Positions 11,524 to 23,190 of a stretch of 64,000 bases of DNA are shown in pieces. The translations under genes and the position numbers were made by a program. The stretch's first letter is position 1. Every line of letters starts with the position of its first letter. The DNA is taken from positions 1 to 64,000 of the forward strand of contig MU626341.1 in the NCBI GenBank assembly GCA_025603075.1, written 5' to 3'. The stretch is from Neoconidiobolus thromboides FSU 785. Lineage: Eukaryota; Fungi; Entomophthoromycota. Under the pieces are notes generated by a model. It made no database searches. It was not told where the DNA came from and saw nothing but the letters and a program-made list of their open reading frames with translations.

Positions 11524-12410
11524 TTTTGATTTATATAGTTTCTATAGTTAAATTGCTGACTATTTATAATGTTATTAGCCATTATTTAATAGATCGATTA
11601 TCATGATAAACATATTTTATTATTTATTTTAACCAATTCTAACATTAAACTGCATTAATGAAATCAAACTTATGCGACTGTATTGTAATATTGAAGTTTA
11701 AAAACTTAATTTTAGCCAGGCGGTAAACAATAATTTAAATTGTTATGTCTGTTTTATTGCAATGTATTGTTAATGCTTATCAATTGGCCTATTATCCTTA
11801 AAAATCAGTGTTTTTGATATCGAAAGCTTTTTTCATGTAATGGAAAAAGCTGAATGAACTATAAAATGATTTATGTCAAAGTTGCCCTTTATCTAATCAA
11901 TATCAGAATATTCACTTAAGTGCTGTGTTCGTTCAACGAAAAAAGAGTTATGACTGTTTACGGTATTAAAGATTATCCTTAAATCAACCAAAAAACTATT
12001 ATTAAATACTTCATTGACCTTATTGTATAAGTTTATGGAAAGTGGTGAATTCTTTTCGAAAAGTTCAGTCATTATACTCACTTTTTCACTCTCTTGTTAT
12101 TTTATATTTAGATTCCTTACCAGCCTTTGATCTAGTATGAATATGTGGTAAAACTCGCATTTGAAAAAATGAAGGGAAATAAAACATCGTTATTTTTATT
12201 AACATATTACTGATTGATATAAATGCAAAAGCCATACTTGAGAAAGGTAGAGACAAAGGTAAGACAAGATAGTAGTAAAAAAGCAATTACTCGTTTGTTC
12301 ATTTACCTAACTCAATTTCTTTGAGAAATCAGATGAAATAGGTGATAGTAATTATTAGATAAAAATCTTATTAACTTACCTTGAACCTTTAGTTTTTGAT
12401 AAATTTAACT

Positions 12411-12920
12411 CTAAAGTTTATCATCATCATAATCTATCGCACCATCTTTCACAATGACATTTTCTTTAGGTTTGGGTGTAGATTGTTTAGTTACTTCTCC
12501 ATTTATAATCGTTTTTAGTGTTTTTCCTGCTGCTGTTCCAAAAGCTACACCTGCAACACCACCTACAACCTCAGCTTTAGTAGCTTTCTCATTACCAAAT
12601 TTGGCTTTTGTTGCTGCTGTTACTGATTTTCCAACGGCACCGAAGGCAGATCCAAGACCACCAGCAATAATATTGACTGGATTATCTTTATCTGTTTCTT
12701 TCTCTTTTTTCGTAATTGCAGAATCAAATGAAGTGCCTATAGAGCTCATAACGGAACCTGCCGCAATTCCAAGGAAACCAACTGGATTGACTTTGTCAAA
12801 GTCTTTTGATTTAACTTGACCAAAACTAAATGATTTACCTTGTCCAAATTTAATTGGAAATGAATATAGAATGTTATTTAATACTAACGCTAACCCGATT
12901 ACATTAGTGAACAGTCTCAT
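12411..12920 (-). CDS. Secreted glycine-rich amphipathic protein B2 (start moved to MRLFTN)
   Basis: Paralog of B1, ends DYDDDKL; ATG at 12920 aligns with the B1 start; upstream TATCATGA and TATAAATAGTCA shared with B1. Confidence 0.8.
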   Translation of the reverse strand: MRLFTNVIGLALVLNNILYSFPIKFGQGKSFSFGQVKSKDFDKVNPVGFLGIAAGSVMSSIGTSFDSAITKKEKETDKDNPVNIIAGGLGSAFGAVGKSVTAATKAKFGNEKATKAEVVGGVAGVAFGTAAGKTLKTIINGEVTKQSTPKPKENVIVKDGAIDYDDDKL

Positions 12921-13057
12921 TTTCAATCTATACAAAGCTGTAAACAATTTGTTTTTGACTATTTATAGTATAGAGTAGCATACATAAATGATTTTCATGA
13001 TAGCCCTTTTTAAGAAAAAATTTAAATCTGGCGTACAAATCTAATTTTTTTTTATAT

Positions 13058-13151
13058 GGATATCTTTTCTGATTTCACTGTTTTTCCATTTTCTAAATGC
13101 TATTGAATCGAAAAATTATTAATAAATTGTTAAACAAGCATACTCATGCTC
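13058..13151 (-). mobile_element. Degenerate MITE copy
   Basis: Internal TTTTTCCATTTTCTAAATGCTATTGAATCGAAAAATTATT matches consensus; ends eroded. Confidence 0.7.
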
Positions 13152-13394
13152 ATGTTTCGTAAATTTAGCAGTTCCCTTTTAACAATTTTAAAGTTCTCTC
13201 AAAGTCCAAATCTCATAAAATGATATATTTTATCTGATTAGATTAAATGTATACCTTTAGTCAATAAAAAAATAAAATTTCTATTACTACATTTTTATTA
13301 TATTGAAAGAATTAGATTACAAAATGATTGATGGTGTATAAATGGGCACAAGGTTAAAGTAGAAAAACAATACTATATAGTTACATACTAGTGT

Positions 13395-13470
13395 AGTAAT
13401 ATCTCATTTGGCTTCATTACTTTCTCTGTTTTTTAAGCGCTATTAAGTAAAAAAAAAAGGTAGTAGATTA
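13395..13470 (-). mobile_element. Partial MITE copy
   Basis: TTTGGCTTCATTACTTTCTCTGTTTTTTAAGCGCTATTAAGT matches consensus core; boundaries approximate. Confidence 0.55.
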
Positions 13471-14285
13471 GATAAAAAAGATATTTACATGTGTATTTCT
13501 AAAAAATCATTTTATCAACTAATGTTTTAAAATTTATATCAAAATTCTAATAAACTATAAGTTAAAACACTGCCAAATAAAATATTACAATTTAAGCTTG
13601 AATCATCAGTCTATTATGAAATTTCGAAGAGTACATATTACTTTTAAATTGCAAAATTTGAAAAATCTATTTATCTAGTGTTCAATAAAAATTGAAAATT
13701 TCAAAATAAACTAGAATCTAAGCTTGTATAATTTTAATAGATTCACTAAAATGACAAATGAAATGCTATAAATGGATATTGATGTTAATTTTCAAGTTTG
13801 AAAACTAAAAAACATATTTATTGAAAAATTAGCTTAAAATTAAGACAATAATAGCTAAATGCCAATAATTGAGCTTCTATGATCTTTAAGTATAATAAGA
13901 ATATTCACTAGTAAAGTATAAATCATAAATGATAAGAACCGTCTATTTCTTTATTTATAAAAATCCAAAGACCAACAAAAAGGATCCTTTTTAATGCTTT
14001 CATTATTGTAGTTAATTTCCAGGGGGGAGTAGTTACCCAAATTAATTGGTTAAATTAAATTAAAGCCACCAATTGAGAAGCTATGATTGGTTGAAAATTC
14101 AGTTCTTAATAAAGTTGTTCAATTTTCCACCCATTTAAGCTTAAAAAAGACAAATTGAACTGCTTTTTTTTAATTAATTTAAATTATTCAATCAACTAAA
14201 TAACTTTTATTGAAAGTTATTTATTTTATATAACTATTAGTCTTTTTTTATCATCATTAACATAAAGCGATAATTTTATTCTATC

Positions 14286-17200
14286 ATGTTATCACCAACA
14301 TCAACCGATCGACCATCCAGTAGGATTTCAATTAATTCAACAGCTTCACAAAGTACCTCAGTTAAAGTAGCAGTAAGGGTACGTCCATCCGCGAATAAAG
14401 CAAGAAAAGGTACACCAATGAATCATGAAAATATAGCAATACAAGTGTCCATGCCATTAAAAACTATATTTTTACCAACATCCAAACAAAGCTATGTATT
14501 TGATTATGTATTTGATGATACTATTACTCAACCTACTATTTATGAAACAGCTATTGATCCCATGGTTGCTACTTTTATGTCTGGTTTTAATGTTACCGTA
14601 CTTGCTTATGGTCAAACTTCATCAGGTAAAACTTATACTATTGGGACATCTGGGGTAGAGGATTCTGACTCAGAAGGTATTATTCCAAGAGCTGTGCGAA
14701 GCATCTTTGAAAAATGTAATCAATTGGTATCATCTGAAGAAGAAGTGGAACTGGAACTTAAAGTATCTTATTTAGAACTTTATAATGAAGATTTATTTGA
14801 TCTTTTAAATGGCGGTGTTGGAGCTGGTAAATCCAATGTAGCTATTAGAGAAGATAAAAAAGGTCGAATTATTTGGTCTGGTGCTAAAGAAGTAATAGTT
14901 GCCTCTTCACAAGATGTTTGGAAGTAAGTTTTTTTAAGTTGAAATTTCTTTTGTTATTAACTCCTATTTTAGCTTATTACAAGAAGGATCTACAAGGAGA
15001 AGTGTAGCTAGTACTAAAATGAATCAAAATTCTTCACGTTCTCATGCTATTTTTTCAATTAATTTAATTCAAACTAAAACTAAAAATCAAATGAAGACCC
15101 AATTAAGGTCCAAGTTCCATTTTGTGGATCTTGCTGGTTCAGAAAGTGTAAGTTTAAATTATTATTTAAAAAATGGACTTTACTTAGTGTAAATTTTTTA
15201 GTTGAAAAAAACCGATGCAAGTGGTGATCGAGCTAAGGAAGGTATCAACATTAATTCCGGTTTATCCGCTTTAGGGAATGTGATAAGTGCTCTAGCTGAT
15301 CCAGAATTAACCCATATTCCATATCGTAATTCCAAATTAACCCGATTATTACAAGACTCAATTGGTGGTAATAGTTATACCGTAATGATAGCTTGTGTAT
15401 CACCCAATTTAGCGGATATTTATGAAAGTCAAAGTACTTTGAGTTATGCTCATCGAGCGCGTAATATCAAAATTAAAGCAAAAAAGAATCAAGAGGATGT
15501 AACGGATGTTAAAGCATTAAGAAATATAATATTTAGTTTAGAACAACAATTAAAAAATTCCAAAGATGTTAAAGATGAAGTAACACAAGAAGAAATTATG
15601 AGAAAAAATATGATGATATTTTCATTAACAAAAGATAGTTTAAAATATCGTGCTACCGTAGATAAATTAAAAAAACAATATAGTGATTTAATTGAAAAAG
15701 TTAGTTCTCGTCGTTCCTTGACTTCTATTTCTAGAGAAGATTTATCAAAGTCATTTATCAGTGAAGATATTTCAGTGACTTCAGATGCAACCGCAGATAC
15801 CAATCCTTATATGAATTTTATGTCCATTCTTGAAGGTTATGAAGAAGAACAAAATAAATTAAAGGAAGAAATTGATAACTTGAATAAAAAATATTCAAAT
15901 CAAAAGGAAGAACTTATAGAAGCTCTTACCCAACTGGTTGACGTGGAAACAGAAAACGAAAAGGAAAAGAAAACTGCTCAAGAACAAAAAGATCAATTAA
16001 GTAACTTGGAAAATAAATATCAATCTCTCTTTAAGGTTGTTACTAGTCTTAATGAACCAATAACTAATTTATTATCTTATGATAACTTGGAGTTTGATTC
16101 TACTAAGCTTATTGAACTGTCTGAAGAAGAATTAGAGTTAAAATTAAAAAAAATTCAAGAACAAGCTTTATTAATCAATCTAGAAAAACAAGAGATGTCC
16201 AATAAACTACAAACCTTAATTAATGAAAATACTGAATTACGTAAAGACATAGGAACTTATTCCAATTCCTTATCATTACAATTTAATAATCCAGAGTTAT
16301 CAAAATTACAAGTTAATCACACAAAAGATGCAAACGGCGATTCAAGCCTTAATGGTTCACCAGCTACTAACCCAGATATTAATGTACCTACCGGTACTAT
16401 TAGTAGCTTAAATTCAGATATGGTATCTGAATTTAATTATTTAGAATTAAAAGAAAAGTATGAATTGATTCAGAGAGAAGCTGATACTTTTCGTCAACAA
16501 TTGGTAGCATATGGTCATTTTAATAGTGATGAGAGTAATCAACATACCATTCAAAAACTTGAAGAAGAAATTATTAGTTTGGAAAAGAATGGAATGGAAG
16601 CGAATGTAAAGGAGATTAATGGGACTGAAATAAAGGAGAAAAAAGTCGATGGAGATATAGATATGGAGGAGTATAAAGTAAATGAATTGGAGTTGATGAA
16701 AGAGATAGCCGATTTACAACATTTGCTGGCAAATAAGAATGATATTTTGATAGACGCAGAGAGTAAAACTCAACAAGTGGAACTTGGATTTAGTAAGTTT
16801 AAATTCGAAATGGAAAGGGAGATATTAATTTCTAAAGAAAAAATTCAAAGTTTAATGAGTCAAATCGATATATTAAAAGAGAAGTCTGATGAGGATGATA
16901 AATTGAAGTTGGAATTAAATCATCAAATTGAAACTTATAAACAAAAAATTAACGAATTGGAATATCAATTTAATAATGAGGATAAGTTAAAAAGTGATTT
17001 AAATCAAGAAATTGAGACGTATAAATCCAAAATAAGCGAATTGACTAATCATATTGAAGAATTGGAAGTTAAAGGTACTACTGACGATAAGTTAAAATCC
17101 GATATGAATCAAGAAATTAATAGTTATAAACAAGAAATTGACAATCTAAGTAATCAAATTGAAGAATTGAAACTTAAATCAATAGAAATTGAAGAATCTT

Positions 17201-18636
17201 TTAATCAATCTAAAGAAGAAGAAATTGAAAATATAAAGAAAGAATGTGAAAATAAATTAAAATTAAGCGATATTAAAATCCAAGAATTAGAAGATATTTT
17301 TAATCTTCAACTTAATGAATATAAAACATTAACAAGTGATAAAAAGATACTTGAGGAAGAATTGAACTCCAAAATTAGTGAAATTGATGACTTAACAGAA
17401 CAATATAATCAGGCTTATTCAGCTTTACAATTAGATTTTAAAATGAGTAATGATTTTACGGATTCTTTGAAAAAAGAATTGATCCAAAAGGAACAAGAGA
17501 TTGATAATAAAAACGAAGAAATCAATTTGATTCAAGAAAAGTTACAAATTTATGAAAATGAATTAAAAATAATGGATCAAAAAAAGAAAGAAATTGATGG
17601 ATTAAATACAAAAATTGAACAACTTCATAATGATATTCAAATTCAAGAGAAAAACTATTCCTCAGCATCCACAAGAAATAGTCAATTATTAATGGATTTT
17701 GATCAACAACAAGAAGAAGTTAAGGTATTAAGTATTAAATTAAGTGAAACAAGTAAAGAGTTGGAAGAATTTAAACAAAAATATGAACAAGAAGCGATTG
17801 AAGTTAAACAAACAAAATCCAAAATTGAACAATTAAAACTTGAAAAAGATCAGCAAGTTCAATTACTTCAACAATCATCTGATGAAATTCAACTTCAATA
17901 TGAACAAAAACTAAAAGAATCAGAATCCGTGATTAAAAATATGGATTCTATCAAATTCGAATTAGGTTTGGCATTAAAACAAATTGGAGAACACAAAGAA
18001 ATAATTCAATCTCATGAATCGAATAATCAAGCTTTAAAACTAGAAATTGAAGCTAAAAAAGAAATTATTAATCAATTAAGTAATGAAGAATCCCTATTAA
18101 AACAGGAACTAAATCAATTAGAATCTATGATGAAAGAGAAAGATATGGAAAATCATGAATTACAAAGTTTAAAAAGTAATAGTCCCAGTATTACTAATGA
18201 TGAATTACAAACTATTTTACAAGAAAACAAAAAATTACGTATAACAATCGACGAATTAAGAGCTGAAATTCAATCGAATAATGAATTAGTAGAAATATTT
18301 GAAATCGAAATTCAAAAAAGCGATAAAGAAAAAGAGACACATATGACTCAAATCAATGATTTAAAATCACTTGTTTCTGAAAGAGAAAACAAATTAAGTC
18401 AAATCATGGAAGAGTTACAAACTCAAAGAAGAGAAAGTAAATTAACTATTGAAGATTTGGAAGTGAAGCTACAAACATTAAGTAGAAAGAGCTCTTATCT
18501 TACTAGAAATCATTTAAATTCAAATAGTAATGTAGATGATTCCAGTTCGAGGACAGAATCGGTTAGGAATTCGATTTCTCCTACACCTTCTCATACTGGG
18601 TCCCGTAGGAGCAAGAAAAAATTTATGTGTATTTAA
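14286..18636 (+). CDS. Kinesin-4 (KIF4/KIF21-like) motor with long coiled-coil tail; introns 14924-14972 and 15148-15201
   Basis: P-loop [10 protein letters not shown], switch I SSRSHAIF, switch [32 protein letters not shown], then about 1000 aa of coiled coil. Confidence 0.92.
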
Positions 18637-18853
18637 AAAAAAGGAAGTTGGTAATTTTCTAGTGGGTTAATGCTTATTAACTACGTTATTCTTTTTTAAT
18701 AGCAATTATTTTCAATTAATAAAAAAAATTATTTTTATGTTTTTATTTTTTCATTAAATTGGATTTTGAAACAGCTTAAATTGAAGATTATGAATTTTAA
18801 TGAAATTGAAATCAAAATTGCATTTTTTAATCATTTTAATTTCTATATAAAAC

Positions 18854-20056
18854 ATGAGTTGGTTTCCGTCTTACAAACCCCAAAATTTAGATGATGATTA
18901 TAGTAGTATTGAAGAATTTAGTAGCGATTTAGAAGGTTGGTGTATTAATTCCAAAAAGATTAAACTGAAAGAAGAGGTAGAACAAGTTACTCAACAACAA
19001 GTAATTCAACAAGAAGTGATTGAAAACAAACGTTTTAATGCAGAAGAGGAGTCGAAGGAAGAGGAAACTGAAATATTGGAAGATATTGAAGAATTTAGTA
19101 GCGATATTGAAGCTAGAAATCAAAATAATAATAAGCTTAAAGTAATGAATGTTGATAGTTTAAATCAGCAATTTAATATTAGTAATGATTCGATTGAGTA
19201 TAATAGTATTTCAGAGACTTTTGAAGAACAAGATTCAATATTACAAGGACTTGATTTCAATGATAAAGTACAAGATCCATTACCTGAAGAACAAAATAAA
19301 GAGATGGAAATATTTGAAACTGCTTGTATTTCCGATTTTATTCATGAAAGTTATGTGAAAATTTTGAATGCTGAAAAACAAAATGATCCTCAATTAGCTA
19401 TTGATGTATTTACTAAAAATAATAAGGAAGAAAAGGTATATTTTAGTAATGAGTAAGTTGATTTTTTTTATTTAAATTTGTAATTATCAATTTTTAATAA
19501 AGCAATTAGAAAAAATAGTCTGGCTTTTCGATGTCAAAAAGTATATCAAGAATGTGAAATGGATCATAAATTATTCGATTATTTGAGATTTACTAAAGGT
19601 AATATTTAAGATACTCTATTAAAAGATATTTAAATAATATAACAGAATTAATTGATATTAATTTTAGATTTTAATCCAAAACAAAGTATTAAAGTGAAAA
19701 TAATATCAATTGAAAATCAACCTCAAACTAAAGATTTGAATTTATTTGAAGAAAATGTTATAAACTTTAATATAGTTTTAACGGAGATAATACAACTTCA
19801 TGATACTTCAAACAACAATAGTAAACAACATCAACTTCAAATTGGTCAACAAATAATAGTTATATTAATTAATTCTTTTATTGATTTTGAGATAAAAGAT
19901 TATACAAAATTAAAATTAATTGAATTAAAAAATCAATTGTTAAAAGAAGATTCATATTTGAATATCTATCACCCTTTTTTTATTAAAGATTGGAAATTAA
20001 ATCATATTAAGGAATGTCCAGTTGTTATTACTTATAAATTCAATTTGTGTAATTGA
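18854..20056 (+). CDS. Hypothetical multi-exon protein, acidic N-terminus and possible OB-fold C-terminus
   Basis: ORFs 18854-19456 and 19652-20056 linked by a short exon (IRKNSLAFRCQKVYQECEMDHKLFDYLRFTK) with GT-AG junctions; exact splicing uncertain. Confidence 0.6.
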
Positions 20057-20479
20057 TATAGGAATAGTCAATAAAATGAGACATTGAAGTTGATAATGGT
20101 AGCAAGTGATAAAATTGAAAGAAGAAGAATCGGTAAATTAATTTTTATTTATTAAAAGTTTAAAACTTATTGATATTTTACTATTTCATTTCATTTTTAT
20201 TATAGTTTATAATTGTATTTTGTATATATTTTTCTTAGCCTTTAATAATTTTCAAAGCCAAGCTTCGCTTTGAAACTTCTATTTTTAGTAAATACCAATA
20301 TAAATTTGGATTTTGATTTACAATTATGAAGATTAAATTTTTTATTTCAAATGTTAATAAATTGTAAAATATTAAATTAAATTCAACTAAAAGTAGTTTA
20401 TGTATATAAATAATATAAATTCAATCATCTGATATATCTTTGATCTTTATTTTTATTTTCTTTTATTTTAATAATAAAA

Positions 20480-20770
20480 ATGAAATTAATATTTATAACA
20501 ACTTTTATGCTTACCATCAACATTATTTCCACTCTTCATGTCCGTAACTTTCCATCACGACATCGACATGAATTAATTAAACGAGATGATTTTAATCCAT
20601 TTAATCTATTTGGTATAGTAGTGAATAACTTATCTAAAGCAATCACAGAAACTACCTCAAAAGTTACTGGGACTATTGCAGTAGGTGCTCATTTATTATC
20701 AAAACAAGATGTGGTACCTATGATTCCTAAAGCTGAAGAAAAGGTCAATCCAGACCAAGATAAAATTTAA
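20480..20770 (+). CDS. Small secreted prepro-peptide D with Kex2-type KR site
   Basis: Signal peptide, pro-segment ending ELIKR, then DDFNPFNLFGIVVNNLSKAITETTSK...DQDKI. Confidence 0.78.
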   Translation: MKLIFITTFMLTINIISTLHVRNFPSRHRHELIKRDDFNPFNLFGIVVNNLSKAITETTSKVTGTIAVGAHLLSKQDVVPMIPKAEEKVNPDQDKI

Positions 20771-20961
20771 TTAAGCTACAACTGGTTGAGCATATAATTT
20801 TGTTTTTTATATAATATAAACAGAAATAAATAAAAACATTCAAATTAATAGTAAATAATAATAATAATGAATTAGATTAAGTTTAATTGAATATATTTTA
20901 TTTTATAAATTAAAGAAAGAATAAGAAGATAAGAGAAATATCAAAAATAAATTAAACAAGA

Positions 20962-21555
20962 TTAAAGTTCATCATATTGGTTAGAACTATTAATAGATGA
21001 ATTGTTATCATTGTCAATTCCCATTTCTTTATTTATACTATTAAAATAATTGTTTAAATTGTTTTCCATATTATCGTCCATTAATTCATCTTCATTCTCT
21101 TCGTCTTTATTTTTATCCCTTCCTATTACCTCTTGTGATAAGTTATCTTTCATCAATTGTTGATTTCTATTACCCATTAACGCCATTGCCATAAATTTCA
21201 TTTCATCTAATGAATATTTGTTCCCTGGTATTAACACTTCTTTATTACTATTTAAATATTGCATTAAACTCTTTAAATCACTAATAGTAATAGCCTCAAA
21301 ATCCGGATTGTTTCTTAATCCATTAAATAAAACTTGTTTTTTATTATAAATATCAGCTACTTTTTTAGTACCCATAGATTTCAATGTAGATAATTGAGAT
21401 TTAAGTACAGGTTTATTACCATACTTCCCAAGTTTTTTAAAATTAATTTGATTTTTTGCTGTTAGTATACCCTGTGCTATAAACTCCCGGTCCACTTTAA
21501 GACACTCAATAAAAAGAGGTAAGGTTAATAGTAAAAACCAAGGGTAATATTGCAT
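20962..21555 (-). CDS. Signal-peptide protein F ending in YDEL (possibly ER-retained)
   Basis: MQYYPWFLLLTLPLFIEC leader; basic N-half, Asn/Asp-rich C-half; C-terminal QYDEL. Confidence 0.72.
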   Translation of the reverse strand: MQYYPWFLLLTLPLFIECLKVDREFIAQGILTAKNQINFKKLGKYGNKPVLKSQLSTLKSMGTKKVADIYNKKQVLFNGLRNNPDFEAITISDLKSLMQYLNSNKEVLIPGNKYSLDEMKFMAMALMGNRNQQLMKDNLSQEVIGRDKNKDEENEDELMDDNMENNLNNYFNSINKEMGIDNDNNSSINSSNQYDEL

Positions 21556-21559
21556 TGTA

Positions 21560-21588
21560 TTCTATTTTCTATTTTCTATTTTCTATTT
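21560..21588 (+). repeat. (CTATTTT)n microsatellite just upstream of the F start
   Basis: About four copies of ctatttt. Confidence 0.8.
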
Positions 21589-22281
21589 ATTGATTACTGT
21601 TAATTAATATTATTAGTTGCTGTTGATGATAAAGAAATATAATTCAATTCTTGTCCTTGCTTTTTGTTATTTGTTATTTCTTTTTTCTATTTTCATTCTT
21701 TGTTTCATCTTAGATTATCTTTTGATAAATTTGGTCTATCAGACATCAAGTTTTCAGCAATTAAATTGAAATGTTTGAAATTAATAAATTTAGTTTTAAA
21801 TGTTAGAGCAGTTTAGATTACATTTAGATTTTCTTTGTTGCTTTTAATTTGACGCCAAATTCTTTTAATATGAATGTAAAGATATATAAAAAGTTGTATC
21901 TTTTAAATTCAATTTAAGAAAATTAGCATCAAATTAAAAATAATAAAAGAGATCTAAATGTAAGTTGCTTTAAAATTGATTAATAAAAATAAATATTTCA
22001 AATTAAAGTTAATAAAAAAACAATAAGTTTCAATGTCTTATTTATTAAAATAAAGAAGTATACATATAAATGAGGATAAAAACAATATAAAGAGAAGCTT
22101 TGTATAATCGATATAGAATTTTTTTAATAATTACTTTTTCTTATCTTCAACAAAATCTAATTTATTTTAATATAATAACTAGAATTTACTAAATAAAAAC
22201 ATTAATCGATGATCTACGTAACTTTCAATTATAAAAATAGCTATCTCATTTGATTTTTTCAAATATTTACTTCTTTTCAAT

Positions 22282-22551
22282 ATGAGGTTTAAAACTTATC
22301 ATTTGATATGTATAAGCTTACTTTTATTAATCTCAATAGCCAGTGCTCACCCATTAGAATCTGAAAAATTAGATGATGAAGTTAATAATGAAAAGAAAGC
22401 GAACAAGAATATATTTTCAGTAGTGGGCACAGGTATCAAAAATGCATTTATTGGCAATACTCCTATACTATTAATTAGTAAAGTCATTCAATCCAACTTT
22501 AGAAAATTAGGTAGGAAATCGTCCGCTTTGTATGTTACTCCTAAGGATTAA
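22282..22551 (+). CDS. Small secreted peptide precursor C1 (acidic pro-region, cationic core)
   Basis: Signal ending ASA|HP, acidic ESEKLDDEVNNEKK, then cationic amphipathic segment; paralog at 24089. Confidence 0.8.
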   Translation: MRFKTYHLICISLLLLISIASAHPLESEKLDDEVNNEKKANKNIFSVVGTGIKNAFIGNTPILLISKVIQSNFRKLGRKSSALYVTPKD

Positions 22552-22658
22552 GAGAATTATTGAAAAAATAAAAAAATTCTTACTTTTTTTACTTAATATT
22601 GATATTAACATTGATGTTGATATCGAACTTATTCATAAAATCAAATTTATAATTAAAT

Positions 22659-22758
22659 TATGATGTTCTTTTTGGTTTCATCACTTTTTCCATTTTCTAA
22701 ATGCTATTTGAGTAGAAAGATTATTAGTAAAACTCTTAAACAAAAAATGTATCCTTTT
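22659..22758 (-). mobile_element. Degenerate MITE copy
   Basis: Core matches consensus; ends eroded. Confidence 0.75.
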
Positions 22759-22979
22759 ATGTTTTCATTATTTTAAGAACTTTATTTTATTTTATTTTAT
22801 TTTATTTTATAATATCATTTATTAAAAAAATAAGTAATTTGTTTTAATATTTGATCTTATATCAATTTATTAGTATTTACAATTATCTTTTAATAACTCA
22901 ATCTTTAACATTACAACATAAAATTAAATTTAAAATAAATTAATATAAAATCAACTTGAATTAAATACTACCTTAATAT

Positions 22980-23078
22980 AGGGATGTATTTTTAGGTTCA
23001 AGAATTTTACTAATAAAATTTCCGCTCAAATAGTGCTTAAAGGATAGAAAAAGGAATGAAGCCAGAAAAAACATTCCC
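22980..23078 (+). mobile_element. MITE copy (first of inverted pair)
   Basis: AGGGATG...CATTCCC ends, ATAT duplication. Confidence 0.88.
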
Positions 23079-23096
23079 ATATAGTGATTCCCATAT

Positions 23097-23190
23097 AGTG
23101 ATGTTTTGATTTTATCACTTTTTTTGTCTTTTAAGCACTATTTAAGTAGAAAGATTGTTAATAAAAAGTTTAAACAAAAAATACATCCCC
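23097..23190 (-). mobile_element. MITE copy (second of inverted pair)
   Basis: AGTGATG...CATCCCC ends, ATAT duplication. Confidence 0.85.

Noticed and set aside
12411-12431. FLAG-tag-like DYDDDK at the B2 C-terminus
   Set aside because: It differs from DYKDDDDK, is shared with B1 in native codon usage, and no vector sequence is nearby.
15121-15210. Kinesin switch II reads DLAGSES instead of DLAGSER
   Set aside because: The catalytic DLAGSE, P-loop and switch I are intact; one change here is weak evidence of altered function.
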